From Gracilinanus agilis (lineage: Eukaryota), in the NCBI RefSeq assembly GCF_016433145.1, contig NC_058134.1:107961791-108025790 (forward strand): 64,000 nt of DNA, given 5' to 3'. This document shows, piece after piece, positions 23,114 to 35,935 of this stretch. Position 1 is the first letter of the stretch, and every line of letters begins with the position of its first letter. Both the position numbers and the translations under genes were made by a program. The notes beneath the pieces are model-generated. The model was not told the DNA's origin, did no database searches, and saw only the letters and a program-made list of their open reading frames with translations.

Positions 23114-24359
23114 ATGAAAGCACAAAGACTATCATGAACTCTTTTATTGCCTATAATAATCTTTACTAAACAGCAAAGAAAAAAGAAAGAAGAAAAAATT
23201 AATCACATTTGATAGACATTTAAACTTTGTTCCTGACATAAGTCAACACACTAGAACATCAGTTCCAGTGCAAGATGACAAGCGCAGGATTACATCAAAC
23301 GACACAAATGAGGCATTGTTGACTTCACAGATTATCACGAGGACAGCAAACCTGAGAACTACAAAAGACATCCATGACCGAATACACCGATTGTATGGGA
23401 CAACAACCACAGTGTGAAGAGGAGCATTGGATCAGTATTGGACCCATGCATTTGAAGAACATAACTTACACCCAACAGAATTCTCACTGCATCCAACACT
23501 TTAGATTCCATCCACACAGTACATACACTTTGCAGAAGAATTCCGGTGGAGTAAGTATGTAGCACTTCATTACACATATAGGTCACACTAGACAACACAT
23601 AGAACATTTTCTAACTTCACATCTACATGTGAAATACCAAACTTACACTTAAGAGAGAAGCTTGTCTGCCTTAGTATAGTTTTTCCTCTTACTTTGGTTC
23701 AGACACCTTCTACTCAAATCACCTGACATTTCTTGTAAAAATGTAAATATGTATATTTTGCTTACTAACCCTTAGCAATAAGTTTTACTAACATACAGGG
23801 ACATCTAGTCAGTTTAATAAGTTAGAACAGGGACAGAATTTTCTAAACTTTCTTTGCATATAGCATAAGTCTATGGTTTAACCGAAAGACTTTCAAATAA
23901 TTATAGTCTTACTTAGTCTTACTAACGTTTCTAACATAGCCATAAGTGTACTAACATATTCATATACTAATTTTAGAAAATGAATTAATATTTAGTAGCT
24001 TCAATTGCAGAATTTTTTTAGTTAATATTTTTCTTGTTAGTTCATAAAATTAGATAGATACATAGATAGAATTTATTACTTTGTTTTAGTTAACAAATGC
24101 AACCTTTAAGAATGTTTGTGAATGTTTGCATTTAATCTATTTTTCCTTTCAGTTGAAAATTTTTGCAAAACTCAAAACCCCCATTCCTTTCCTATGCCTT
24201 TCCCATAACCCATCTTAGTATTAGTTTAGTCTAGTCTTAGCATAGTTTAGGGTAAGTAAACCTTTTCTTATTTTGGGAAACTTAGTTAGGGATAAAAGCT
24301 TAGTCAGAATTCAGCTTAGAATAAGAGTAGTAACCCCGTAGATTTTAGGAACCAGAAAA

Positions 24360-25484
24360 TGTTACAAACTGCAAATTTTCGAAAGACAAATGAGCAGATT
24401 GTAATGCAAAAGATGCAAGAGAGGGTTTGCTCTTGCTGGGGGACCAACTGAAAACTTGGGGCAGTTGAGTCTTAGAATTCTGGGAGAAAGATCAGTTGGT
24501 CCCTGAGGTTTGAAAAGAGCGGAAGGATCAACCAAAGCTCTATTTTGGCTTTCAGTTTGCTTTTGCCTGTGCCTTGCCTTTGGATAATTTGAAACTAGCT
24601 AATTTTTCTGGACCTCTTCCTGACCTTCTCCATATTATTTCCCTGTTTTCCCTGCCTGTGTTCCCGAGGCTCTGGGAGGCAGGGTGGCTTTGGGGTTTTT
24701 ACTGAAAAGACCTTGTGGGTTTAGTTTTCCCCAAAAGGCAAGTAGGACATCCTTGAATTCAAATTATCCCTTTAGTATACCCTCTACCTTAAAGCAGCCA
24801 AGTCTTCCTCAGCTGAGAGAGCAGGCTCTCTCTCAGTCTAACCCATTCCCGAGACCCTCCCCGATCTTGAGTTTCTCCCTAGAAGTTGTTAAAACCCCAA
24901 TCCCCTCTCTCCTTCCAGACCACCCAGAAACATTAATAAAACCCTTGGTTACCTAATTAGACCCTCTGGAGAATCTTTGTGTTGAAGAAACTAGGCAAAG
25001 ATGAAGTGGAAGGAATAATTATCTTTTCTTTCTTGAGGGAAACTAGAGGCATCCACCTTGGGAGGAAGTACTTGCCCAATGCTAACTCCTGTATTCCTTC
25101 AGTTTCACTGACAGGGAGGAGGCTTGTGATTACTCCTTTGAAGACTTGAGAAACTGACAAGAAAACCCTCAAGTCAGATACAAACCATTTTTGTCTGGCC
25201 CTGTTCCTTGTGTCTGTAAAAGTACCTTTCCTGCCTGGATGGGTTCAGTCTATTACCCCAATATCCTCTGTCTCTAGCCTGAGTGTCTAGTCTGTGTCAG
25301 CTGCCTCTCCTGAACACCTCACCTGTACCCTTATCATCCTGATACCACCTTATCCATTCCTCCCTAAATCCAGCCATCCCTTTCATTCCTCTCCTATTAC
25401 CTCAATCACCTTTTACCCCTCTGTCACTCAGTAAAGGAAGGAGATCACCCCAAACTTCAGCGTACCCTCATTTTATCCATAACA
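24360..25484 (+). mobile_element. 3' LTR of the truncated ERV (5' boundary uncertain)
   Basis: tgtta...taaca inverted termini, AATAAA near 24935. The right end coincides with resumption of host sequence. Confidence 0.55.
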
Positions 25485-26931
25485 CCAGCTATAGGACGAA
25501 ATCAATTAGTTGTAAAAAGAATCAACAAGAAGATGATACAGAAAATATCTCAGTCTCCTCAACAAGAATTAAGTCATTTTTCACAATAGGGCTAAGAACT
25601 TGGATATATGATTTCATTGGTCCGGGACATTCCTGGACAAAGAACCACTTTCTGCATGTGCAGGTCAGCATCTTCTTTACTTAGAGAAAGTAACCTACAG
25701 TACCAAGATGTTAAGGATCACACAACATAGATGTGTCTAACATAACACTTAAACCCAGATTGTCCTGGGTCTGAGCCCAGCTCTCTCTCCTTTTCACTTG
25801 CTCCTTGATTGATAACAAAGTGGATTGTAGAAACTCCTAAATTCTGCCTGTAAGTTTATGTTTCTTTAATTTTGTACTAAATTGTGCTTTGTTTTTATAT
25901 CAAAATTGGATACTAATAAATATTCATCCCTTTGTCTTGGTGTATCATCAATACTCCACTCTGTGAATAGTAATGTATCTTCTACTCTCTTTATGGCATT
26001 TACCTATGCCTCCTATGGAATACTTCTCCACTGCAGAGGAAAATGGCATCCCAGGATCTTTGACAAAAAAATCCAATGAACTGTATGGTACGTGGAGTCA
26101 CAAAGAGATGGACACAGCTAAATGATTCAACAAGCATCTATGCAATACAAAATCTACCTTGTTGTGTATTTGACACAAAAGCCTATTTCTTATAGTAAAA
26201 TGAGATCTCACTCTTTTTTAATGTTACAATTTTCTCTCTTCACTGTGATTACTCCATACCTTGAAATAATGATTCCTCATCTCTCAATGGCTCTAAGAAA
26301 ATAATCATTTTTAATGTAGTGCTCTTGGGTTTTATTCAGAACATTTTGTTGTTCTTATCCTCAAAATCATTGAGTTCGTCGACACCATTAAAATAGTTAT
26401 TAGAAAAATATGAATTTAATTCATGGAAATGATACTAGAGAAGATTTATTAGAAGTTGCCTAGCTTGCCAACCTAAGGACCACTGAACTTTTCCTTCTAT
26501 CTGACTTGCAATTGAAACCTATGTGTTTTAACTCTCCCTATTGGAATAAACTCTCCTTGAGAATAGAACTTTCTCACATTTATGCTTGCATCTCCAGCCC
26601 TCACATGCTATGTGCTCTTTCATTCATTGATGTATACATTATCTCATGGATCCTTACAACAACCCTATAAATGAGGTGCAATTATTATCCTGAGACTCCA
26701 AGAGTTTAAATAACTAGCTCAGTGTCACACAAATAATAAGCATCAGAAGCAGGATTTGAAATCAGTTCTTCCTTATCTCAAGTCCAACATTCTATCCAGG
26801 GCCATGAAGTTTCTCCCTCTGAACAGCTGGCATGGAAACCTAATTTCTGTGTGGAACTGCAACCTTTGGATTTCAAATAATAGTTTCTTCCCTGTAACTC
26901 TGTCCCCTCCCTTCTCTGTCACACTGCACTA

Positions 26932-26939
26932 ATTTGCAT
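26932..26939. promoter_or_regulatory. octamer motif ATTTGCAT, -294 from the copy 3 ATG
   Basis: Exact octamer at the conserved position. Confidence 0.55.
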
Positions 26940-27225
26940 CTCAGTAGAGAGTAGCTCAGCCTTTTCTCTGATCAATTGAATGTAGGGTCTGGACTCCAGA
27001 AACACCCTTAGATCTTCTTAACCTGGATAAATCAGAATTATTATGTAAAGCTGGTCACAAGGACTTCTGGACTTTTTCTGGCCTGTGACAGAAGAACTCC
27101 AAAAGCTGAAAAGGGAAAATTACCATCACAGTAGAACAGCTGGTATTTCTGTCTTTCTGATAGTATCCAGAGTATATAGAAAAGAAAGGAAAAGCAGAGT
27201 AAAGGTTTTCCATCCATCTGCTAAC

Positions 27226-28149
27226 ATGCCGAGTTTAAGTGAACTTGTAGCCTTTGTTGTGACCTCCATCATGTTTTTTCTGGGTGCTTGGATAAATGGC
27301 TTCATTGTGTTGCTGCACTGTATCACTTGGGTCAGAAATAGGAAAATTTCTTTTTCTGACTTCATCATTCTGAATTTGGCTCTCTCCAGAATCATCCTGC
27401 AAGGGTTACCAATGGTTGGTGTTGTGTTCATGGTTTTTTATCCTCATTTATTTCATGTAGGTTTTTATGTGAAATTTCTCGATATTTTCTGGTGGTTTAC
27501 CAACAACTTAAGCATCTGCCTGACAACCTGCCTCAGTGTCCTCTACTGCCTGAAGATTGCCAACTTCTCCAACCAGGCCTTCCTCTGGCTCAAGAGGAGG
27601 GTTTCTCATGTGGTTGTCTGGATTCTTGTGGGATCTGTGCTCTATTCCTTCACTATATTGGCATTGACTCTAAAATACCACGTTTATTCTGCCATGAATC
27701 AAATGAAACACTCAGGAAATTACACTAAAGAAGTCAAAAGAATGAGAACTCATTATTATCTGTTGAATTTTCTTGGTACTCTCTGGTCACTCATTCCACT
27801 CTCCTTGTCCCTGACCTCATCTGTCCTGCTCATTCTCTCCCTGGTGAGACATACCAGGCAGATGAAACATCATTCCATTGACATGAGGGACCTGAGCACC
27901 ATGGCCCATGTGAGAGCTACCAAAGTCATCCTCTCCTCTTTCATACTCTTCATTGGATACCTCCTAGCCTTCTTTCTTGCTAAGTCTACTTATTTCTTTC
28001 TAACCACCAAGATATCAGAGATGATTTGGTCACCAATTTTCATAATTTATCTCTCTATTCAAACTTTCATTTTAATCCTGGAAAATCAAAAGCTGAAGCA
28101 AGCATTCCTCAGGATGTTTCAGGTCAAAAAGTGGTGGCTAAAATGTTAG
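27226..28149 (+). CDS. TAS2R3: Bitter taste receptor, TAS2R3-like copy 3 (307 aa)
   Basis: First ATG at 27226 (the track's start at 27085 is a GTG). Intact 7TM ORF with TAS2R motifs and sequon NYT. Confidence 0.9.
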   Translation: MPSLSELVAFVVTSIMFFLGAWINGFIVLLHCITWVRNRKISFSDFIILNLALSRIILQGLPMVGVVFMVFYPHLFHVGFYVKFLDIFWWFTNNLSICLTTCLSVLYCLKIANFSNQAFLWLKRRVSHVVVWILVGSVLYSFTILALTLKYHVYSAMNQMKHSGNYTKEVKRMRTHYYLLNFLGTLWSLIPLSLSLTSSVLLILSLVRHTRQMKHHSIDMRDLSTMAHVRATKVILSSFILFIGYLLAFFLAKSTYFFLTTKISEMIWSPIFIIYLSIQTFILILENQKLKQAFLRMFQVKKWWLKC

Positions 28150-28683
28150 ACATTGGGAAATTTCCATATAAGTTTGAGGAAAAGTTACTTACTTTCAAAC
28201 TGTCTCAGGAATGAATTGAATGGGTTCTTTCATTATTTTCCTCCATCTTTTCTCCTCCATTATATTACTTTGTCCTTGAACAAAATTAAGGAAATAATAT
28301 GATTTAATGGAAAGAGCCCCAGTATTGGATCCAAAGAACTGGATTACTCCCTCTGCTTATCTTTTAGAACTTGTACAAGTTATTTTACACTCCTCAGTCT
28401 TCATTCTATTATCCACAAAAAAGATAATCTTTGATGATAGGATCACTGAATTCATTGAAGTTTTAAAATATAATTATTATAACCTCCTAAGACATAGATA
28501 GGGATTCCACTTCTTTCCAGCTCTCTCTTTCCACCAGTGAATCTCACCCTCAGTGAAGTCCAAATTTATCAATGATTCTATATGGACTTCAGTGTGCATG
28601 AAAATAGAAATTCCCATATTCTGGAAAAAGTCCTTGATAGCAACAAAATTTATAACTCCGTACATTGTCTTTAGTCACATTTG

Positions 28684-28689
28684 AATAAA
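28684..28689 (+). terminator. candidate polyA signal of copy 3
   Basis: AATAAA 535 nt after the stop, in the conserved context. Confidence 0.5.
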
Positions 28690-28794
28690 ATTGTTATTTA
28701 ATGAAAACCATTGTGTTATGGTCATATTGGGAATATTTATATATACAGATCATAGTTCTGACTGGGCTAAGAAAGGGTTGATCGACAAAAATAC

Positions 28795-28970
28795 TTTTTT
28801 TAAAAAACCCTTAATTTTTTTTTTTTTAGAAACAATACAAAGTATAGCTTCCAAGGTAGAAAAGTGTCTTGAAGAAGCCAATGAAAGTCAAATGGTTTGC
28901 CCAAAGTCAAAGAGCAAGGAATTGGCTGTGGCCAGATTTGAACCCAAGAAATCCTGTCTCAAAGCTTAGC
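28795..28970 (-). mobile_element. old SINE shared by units 3, 4 and 5 (near 37500-37720 and 57290-57455)
   Basis: aaacccttaa...ccaaggtagaaaagtg...gtcaaatg...ggccagatttgaacccaag. Confidence 0.65.
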
Positions 28971-29308
28971 TTGGAAGGAAAATGGTAGTCAAGCCATTTC
29001 AGTGACTTGTTTGAAATTTCATAGGCTTTAATCATGGAGAGAACATTTGAAATCAGTCCTTTGGCAATGGAGCCATGGATTATGAAGACCCTTTCTTCTG
29101 TGCCTCACTGAACTCAAACTTCAGTCATTCACTTTCATTGTACTGAAGTCAATGCATAGGGCTGTTATGTTTTATGAACTGACAAAATCATAGCATGTAC
29201 TGGGGATGAGATTAATAGTTAGTAGAGATTATTGACAGATTGAGGACAATTGCATAATTGCATCCAAATGTTTATGCAAAATAAGATGAAAAATAATAAG
29301 ATGCATAG

Positions 29309-30376
29309 AGTTATGATCATTGAGGCAGTTGATTATAATGATGTAATTGTTAGGAAAGGTAAAGCAGAGAGCCCCAGATGAGAAAGGAGCTTTAAACCTT
29401 CTTTAGGTATAAACAGGATATCAGATAACACAACTAAACTTACTGTAGAATCCCCTTATCAATCACAGTGTGTTTTTTCAGGAAGACTAGCCTCCTGGCA
29501 CCAATTGATGTTTAATTATTGATAAATAAATCAATAATATTAGAATAACAATGATAATCAATAACACATCTGACTGTTGATATTAATAATGGTAGTTAAC
29601 TCTCTCAACTTCAGGGAGTAAGACTGGATCCTCCTCTGACCTTTCAACTTGCCCCAGAACTTGCTTGAGGCTGACCTGTGGCCAAGTCAACCAACAAACG
29701 GTCAGTAGCTGGATTGAATTTTATGAACAAAACTTTTATTTGTGTTAATCAAACAAGAAGGGAAACTTATAGAAGGGAAGAGGATTTTTAGGAATACCTA
29801 AATGAAGTTTGATCTTAGCTCTAAGAACCAAATCTAACAGCTTCAGAATGTTGATAGCTGAGCTAACCAGGCCCACTGGCCCAGTCAGGCCATTGGTCAA
29901 TCTGGTCTGCTTTAGAGGACACTGTTTGCCTATAGACAAATTAGATAGCAGTTTTATTGAAGATAAGTATGATGAATAGATGCTCAGCTGCTGACCCAGA
30001 GCTAACAAGCCCTGGGCCAGATGGTGATGTTTAGTTGGTTGAAATATATTTTTGTTCCCCAAGAGATTGTTGGGCTTGTCAATGAGATGTTGCTATTGGT
30101 CAGCAAAGATAGATAAGCCTACCTCTCTAAGGAATATAAACTCATATCCCTCTTCCCTCTACCCAGAGTTGATTAACCTCAACCACCCTGGATTCATGGC
30201 TCCAAAATGAGTCTCAGGGTCCAGTCTCTGCCTCCCTTATATAAGGCAGAACCCAAGCAACCATTGGTCTCATGCCCCAGGATGGCAGCAGGAATCTCTC
30301 AAGATTCCAAGTGTCCAACTGTAAACCCTGCCCACAGGCATGGCTTCTTGCAAATCCTTGCAAAACTTAACTTACA
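29309..30376 (-). mobile_element. solo LTR (possibly composite) specific to unit 3
   Basis: Absent from the unit 4 paralog. 4-bp TSD ATAG at 29305-29308 and 30377-30380. Ends ttaca. Minus-strand AATAAA near 29735. Confidence 0.75.
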
Positions 30377-32176
30377 ATAGTCCTATGTCAGTTCCTGGAT
30401 AAGCAAATGGAGGGATAGTCTCAACAATAATCAGAAAATTATAAACGATTTTGCCAGGACCCAACTCTCCTCTTCTACTTCTTTCCCATTGCATTTAAAT
30501 GCAAAAATAGATTTCTAGAAGGAAGATGAATTCTATTAGGTAAGTCCCTAAGCATTCTCCAACAAAAAGGAATACCTGATCTAGTACTACCTCAAGTGGC
30601 ATCTTCTGATTCTCAAATTCTATTATCCACTAACTTAAATAAGAAAGACCTGTCGCCTCCATATACACTAAAAATTATGCTCTTAATGCCCTCCTGTTTC
30701 CTTGGTAGAACCATAGGTAACAAGATAAAGCAATAAATCATCTACTGGCTGAGAAAGGACATGAAGGACATTCATTCACTCACTGGGAACACAAGGCTAC
30801 CCCTGAGAGCCAAGCTATGCAAAGAAGGTCATAGTAGAAAACAGACCAGCAAAGCTATCAGTTAAGAGAATAGAGTTGTCTCATCTAAGATTCAGATATA
30901 CAAAAGAATAATCATAATAGGATTTGAATATTCAATGTGGAAGTTTGTGGAATGTGGTGTCACCATTATGTTTCTAGATATTTCTTTGCTTCTTCTTCTT
31001 TTTAATATTTTTTTTACTCATATTTAAGAACACTGAGGCTTTCTGCTTGCTAAAATATAGAACCAAAGCACTCAGGTTTTGCTGCTGCCAGCTCTGTATA
31101 ATTCATCATTCATGAGGAGCAATAGTTTTGAATGAATGAAAGGCTTACAGAGTATCTCAAATCTGGAATAGCTTTCTGCAGGCTCACAATTAATGGGATT
31201 CTGCATACTTCATGTACAACAATCACAAGTTCACTGGGTACTCTTCTATACTATACATATAAAACTCTGATGATAGTCAGTCATTTCACAGCATCCAGTC
31301 CATGGTTTCCATAATCTTTTCTTCAGATGCATATGAGGATATATTTGCTTCTTAGAATTTTGTAGCTACAATATACATCAATAAACATTGCTTGCACTAG
31401 TATACATACATCAATAGTCAAGCACATATCATGAATTAGAAAGTTATTCTCCATCCACTACAGAATCATAGAAAGCATTCATATGTAGAATCCCAAGGGA
31501 AAAACCCTTAAACACAACTTTTAGGCTTTTGATACTCACTCTGAAAGAATGAACAAAGCCTATTTTACTAACCTTGTTACTTGTTAAGAAAGTTTAAAGA
31601 CTCAATTCACTGGGTATATGCATGTCCATATCAATTGTCTAGTATCCTGTCAGTGTTTATTGTTTCTGAATTTTAGTTTTCACTCCTAAAAGTTTTTGTG
31701 CTTTCCTCCTTTTTTTCTCAATTAAAAACTTCATAGAAAAATATCTGTCTGGGTCCAAATGCCTCCATTACACATGACTTATGGAAGAGACCTTATATAT
31801 CCTCTGTTTTAGCTTACCTTGAGCAAATCAGGAAAAATTACAGTTCCATGTATTTATTCCCTTCAACCAATTACCAAGCTCAAAGATCAAAAATTTCACA
31901 TTTCAAGAGGTAGCTGATAACACTTAGACATATATAGCATCCTGGAACTCCTACAAAAGAAGAAGCATTTCTAACACTTTGGAGACAGGACTTATCCTAT
32001 ACAAAATGGAAAGATGAGAAGCCTTCTTTGGAATTGCTGTATAACCATTCCTAGGAAGGGATATGGCATACTATCATCCCTCTCTGGGCACTTATTTGTC
32101 AATCTGCAGTATCCCACTCTCATCTATAAAATATATAAAATAGAAGATTCTTCAATAAATCCCCTTAGGATAGTAG

Positions 32177-32346
32177 GTTTTGTTTTTGTTTTAAAACCCT
32201 TACCTTCCATCTTGGAGTCAATACTGTGTATTGGCTCCTGGGTGGAAGAGAGGTAAGGGTAGACAATGGGGGTCAAGTGACTTGCCCAGGTCAGATTTAA
32301 ACCTAGGACCTCCTGTCTCAATCCACTGAGTTACCCAGCTGCCCCC
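32177..32346 (-). mobile_element. SINE1_Mdo-like SINE with internal deletion
   Basis: TSD taggatagtag at 32166-32176 and 32347-32357. Confidence 0.9.
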
Positions 32347-32469
32347 TAGGATAGTAGTTTTATCTCTCTTTAATGTAGATGCTGAGTGATCACATAATCA
32401 ATATTTGAAGAGGTATTTGGCTGCAAAAGGAATTTAAATGAGTAGGAGAAACTGATTGATTCTCTTTCT

Positions 32470-33166
32470 CATTTTATTTTATTTGGATTTTATTGTTCCC
32501 AGTTGCATAAAATTTTTAATCTTCATTTCTATAACTTTTGAGTTCCAAATTATATCTCCCCCACATTTCATACTTCAGTGAGAAGGCAAACCATTTGATA
32601 TAGGGTTAGGCAAATAAAGTCAGGCAAAATGTATTTACATATTATTCATGTTGTGAAAGAAAATACAATGTCTACCTGGGGAAAAAAATACAGGTTTTAA
32701 AAAGTGTGCTGTGGACAGCATTCAGCTTCTATTTGTTCTTTCTCTGGATGTGAATAACATTGTTGATTATGAGTCCTTCAGAATTGTCTTGGACCACTGT
32801 ATTGCTGAGAATATCTTAATCACTCATAATTGATCAGTGTACAATATTGCTATTACTGTGTACTATGGTCACCCAGTTCTTTCATTTCACTTTGCATAAG
32901 TTCATTGAAGTCTTTCCAGGATTTTCTGGGAACATCCTACATGTCACTTCTTATAGAACAATAATATTCTGTCACATTCATATGACACAATTTATTCAGT
33001 CATTCTCCAATTGATTGATCTGCCTTCAATTTTATTGCAACAAATAAAAGCAGATAAAAATATTTTTATACATATACTTCTTTTTTATATTTTTGATATC
33101 CTTTTAGGATATAGACATGGTGTTATTACTGAGTCAAAGGGTATGCACACTTTGAAAGTCCTTTGG
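32470..33166 (-). mobile_element. L1 3' end, reverse; ends at the N
   Basis: Homologous to 17078-17770. Confidence 0.8.
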
Positions 33167-33167
33167 N
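33167..33167. other. ambiguous base, probable assembly join
   Basis: The single n lies exactly where homology jumps from the 17770-equivalent to the 19485-equivalent. Confidence 0.7.
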
Positions 33168-35639
33168 CAAATATCCAAATAGATTTTCTAATAAAACTGA
33201 TTTACATGTTATTCAAAAACTTTTCTCTTTTCCCTTAACCAGAAAAGAATAAACACTTAAAATGTAAGGTGAAGTTATTTTTACTTTACTTCAGTTTTAC
33301 TCCTTATAAACTCCTCTCTAATTAGAAAAATGACTTCCTTTCTTGTTGATTAAACAATCATTCATGGGCATAGGAAATGCACTTAGTTCCCTTAAAACAA
33401 CTGCTACTGGACATAAACCCAAAACTAGGTAGAATATTTCAGCATTTTGTAAAAACCCTTTTAAGCCACAATTTGGAAGTTCATAATAGAGAACTTTGAT
33501 TTTAGTCACAAACTCGGTTTCTAATAATAAGTTTGTGATGAGAAAATATTATGTAATCTTAGGGAAAATATTCTCTTATTATAAAGACTATCTTTCCCTC
33601 ATCACTTTCTAAAACTTCCTCAGAGAAACTTGGTGATAAAGGCTTAAAGAAATTTTTTAAATAGATCATAAGGTACAGAGAGGTTTTTATTTTCCTCCTA
33701 ATTTATATGCATGCATGATTCTAAAAGCAACCCCAATAAAATGGCATAACAGATCACATGCAGACCCAATTGTAAATATACAAAGACAAAGAAACAGATA
33801 GATATGAGAAACCCAATATTTCTTTGCTCCTGAGGCTATTGTAACCAGCCTTAATTACCTCTTCCATTAAAAGAAATCACATTACTCTATAATTTATCAT
33901 TTTCCTGAAGACTTTGGTGACTAGACAACAAGGTTATAACATACCACTAAGCTCCAAGTCCAATTTGAAGCAAGAAAAGAACTAAGAACAAGACACATTC
34001 CTAGGCTAAAATATATTATTTTTTCACCCTATCACCCCCCAACAAAAAAAAATTAGAGAGAATCACACAAAAGCAATTCAAAGTATACATGGATAGGAAA
34101 ACAAAACTTCCTCTTGCTTCAGAACTTCAGAGAATGTCAAATGGCAAGCTCTTCCTCTACCATAAAAAAATAAATCAAAGATCTTCATTGAAGACTAAGA
34201 ACGCATTTCATGTCACACTGAATAGCTTTCAATCCTGGGAGGAGAAAACTTTGAAGGATGAATTATGTTCAAAACATGGTTTTAAAAATGTACAGTTTTA
34301 AATATTGCCAATTATTTACAAATTTAAAACTTGTATCCTTCTAATACAAACTAGGACATGAACAACAAACACAAAAGAGCACATACAAAATTCTTCACTC
34401 AACCTCTTTTTCCTGCAGAAAAAAATTGACTGTTGGGAATCTGGAGAGAACCAATCCGTAGCCAAAAGACCCTAACAGAAACTGTCCATTTGTGCAAAAT
34501 TATAATACTTGAACCCTATAAAATAGTGGAGGTCTTGATAAAGATCTGGACTGTAGCACTTCTTTCCCTCTCTGACCTCTACCTTGATCTATCACTTTTT
34601 CAACTTCACAAAAAGAAACCCTGAAGCAAATTCCTGAGCAAAATAATATTTCTTACACAGCCATGCTCTGTGAAAATAAATGGGTCAGAGGCTGGACCAC
34701 ATTTATGTCAAAGACCCAACAAAACAACAATTCTCTTGTTTATGTTACATTTATGTTACATATGTTCCATATGTTTATGTTATGTATACTTCTCCACTGC
34801 AGAGGAAAATGGCATTCCAGTATCTTTGCCAAAAAAATCCAATGAATTGTATGGTACATGGAGTCACAAAGAGATGGACACAGCTAAATGATTCAACAAG
34901 CATCTATGCAATACAAAATCTACCTCGTTGTGTGTTTGACACAAAAGTCTATTTCTTATAGTAAAATGAGATCTCACTCTTTTTTAATGTTCCAATGTTC
35001 ACTCTTCACTGTGAATACCCCATATTTTGAATCAATGATTCCTCATCTCTGAATGGCTCTAAGAAAATAATCATTTTTAATTCATAGCTCTAAGGTTTTC
35101 AGAACTTTTTGTTGTTCTGATTCTCAAAATCAATGTGTTGGGCACCATCAAAATGGTTAAGTTATCAGAAAAATATGAAGTTTTATTCATGGAAATATAT
35201 ACTTAGTTTGACAACCAAAGGACCACTGAGCTTTTCCTTCTATATGACTTGTAACTAAAACCTATGTGTTAACTGTCTCACTTTTATGCTTCTATCTCCA
35301 GCCCTCACAACCTAAGTACTTTTTCTTTCACTGATGTATATGTTATCTCATTGATCCTTACAATAACTCTATAAAGTAGATGGAATTATTATCCTGAGAT
35401 TCTGAGAGTTTAAATAACTAGCACAACATCATATAGATAGTAAGCATCAGAAGCAGGATTTGAATTCACTTCTTCCTGATCTCAAGTTCAACACTCTTTT
35501 GGGGGCCATGATGCTTCTCCTTCTGAATAGCTGGCATGGAAACCTAATTTCTGTGTGGAACTGCAGCCTTTGGATATCAAATAATAAATAGTTTCTTCCC
35601 TGTGACTCTGTCCCCTCCCTTCTCTGTCACACTGCACTA

Positions 35640-35647
35640 ATTTGCAT
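35640..35647. promoter_or_regulatory. octamer motif ATTTGCAT, -296 from the copy 4 ATG
   Basis: Exact octamer at the conserved position. Confidence 0.55.
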
Positions 35648-35935
35648 CTCAGTAGAGAGTAGCTCAGTCTTTTCTCTGATCAATTGAATGTAGGGTCTGG
35701 ACTCCAGAAACACCTGTAGATCTTCTTAACCTGGATAAATCAGAATTATTATGTAATGCTGGTCACAAGGACTTCTGGACTCTTTCTGGCCAGTGACAGA
35801 AGAACTCCAAAAGCTGAAAAGGGAAAATCACCACCACAGTAGAACAGTTGGTATTTCTGTCTTTCTGACAGTATCCAGAGAAGATATAGAAAAGGAAGGA
35901 AAAGCAGAGTGAAGGTTTTCCATCCATCTGCTAAC

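Larger units (their letters stand above)
21793..25484 (+). mobile_element. 5'-truncated, internally deleted class I (gamma/epsilon-like) endogenous retrovirus with 3' LTR only
   Basis: Begins at the protease C-terminal DLLSKLAATI, then RT, integrase C-terminus and 3' ORFs, with an LTR ending ...ccataaca. Flanked by a 42-bp host duplication. Confidence 0.85.

Noticed and set aside
23260-23480. A frame with several TGA stops that could be APOBEC-type TGG-to-TGA edits
   Set aside because: Two other frames are open across the same stretch, so this is probably just the non-coding frame.
27085-27225. N-terminal extensions of the TAS2R ORFs in the track (also 13647, 35909, 55634)
   Set aside because: They start at GTG or TTG. 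The first ATGs align across the paralogs, and the extensions are not conserved.
31120-31330. Cys-rich minus-strand frame (WKPWTGCC...TCDCCT) resembling a class C GPCR (V2R) cysteine-rich domain
   Set aside because: Cysteine spacing does not fit the CCxxCxxC pattern, no V2R TM motifs follow, and the frame has several stops.
34440-34560. DLHYFIGFKY / DLPYFIGLK resembling a C-type lectin (CLEC5A) motif
   Set aside because: Only five residues match, with no cysteine pattern and no other exons.
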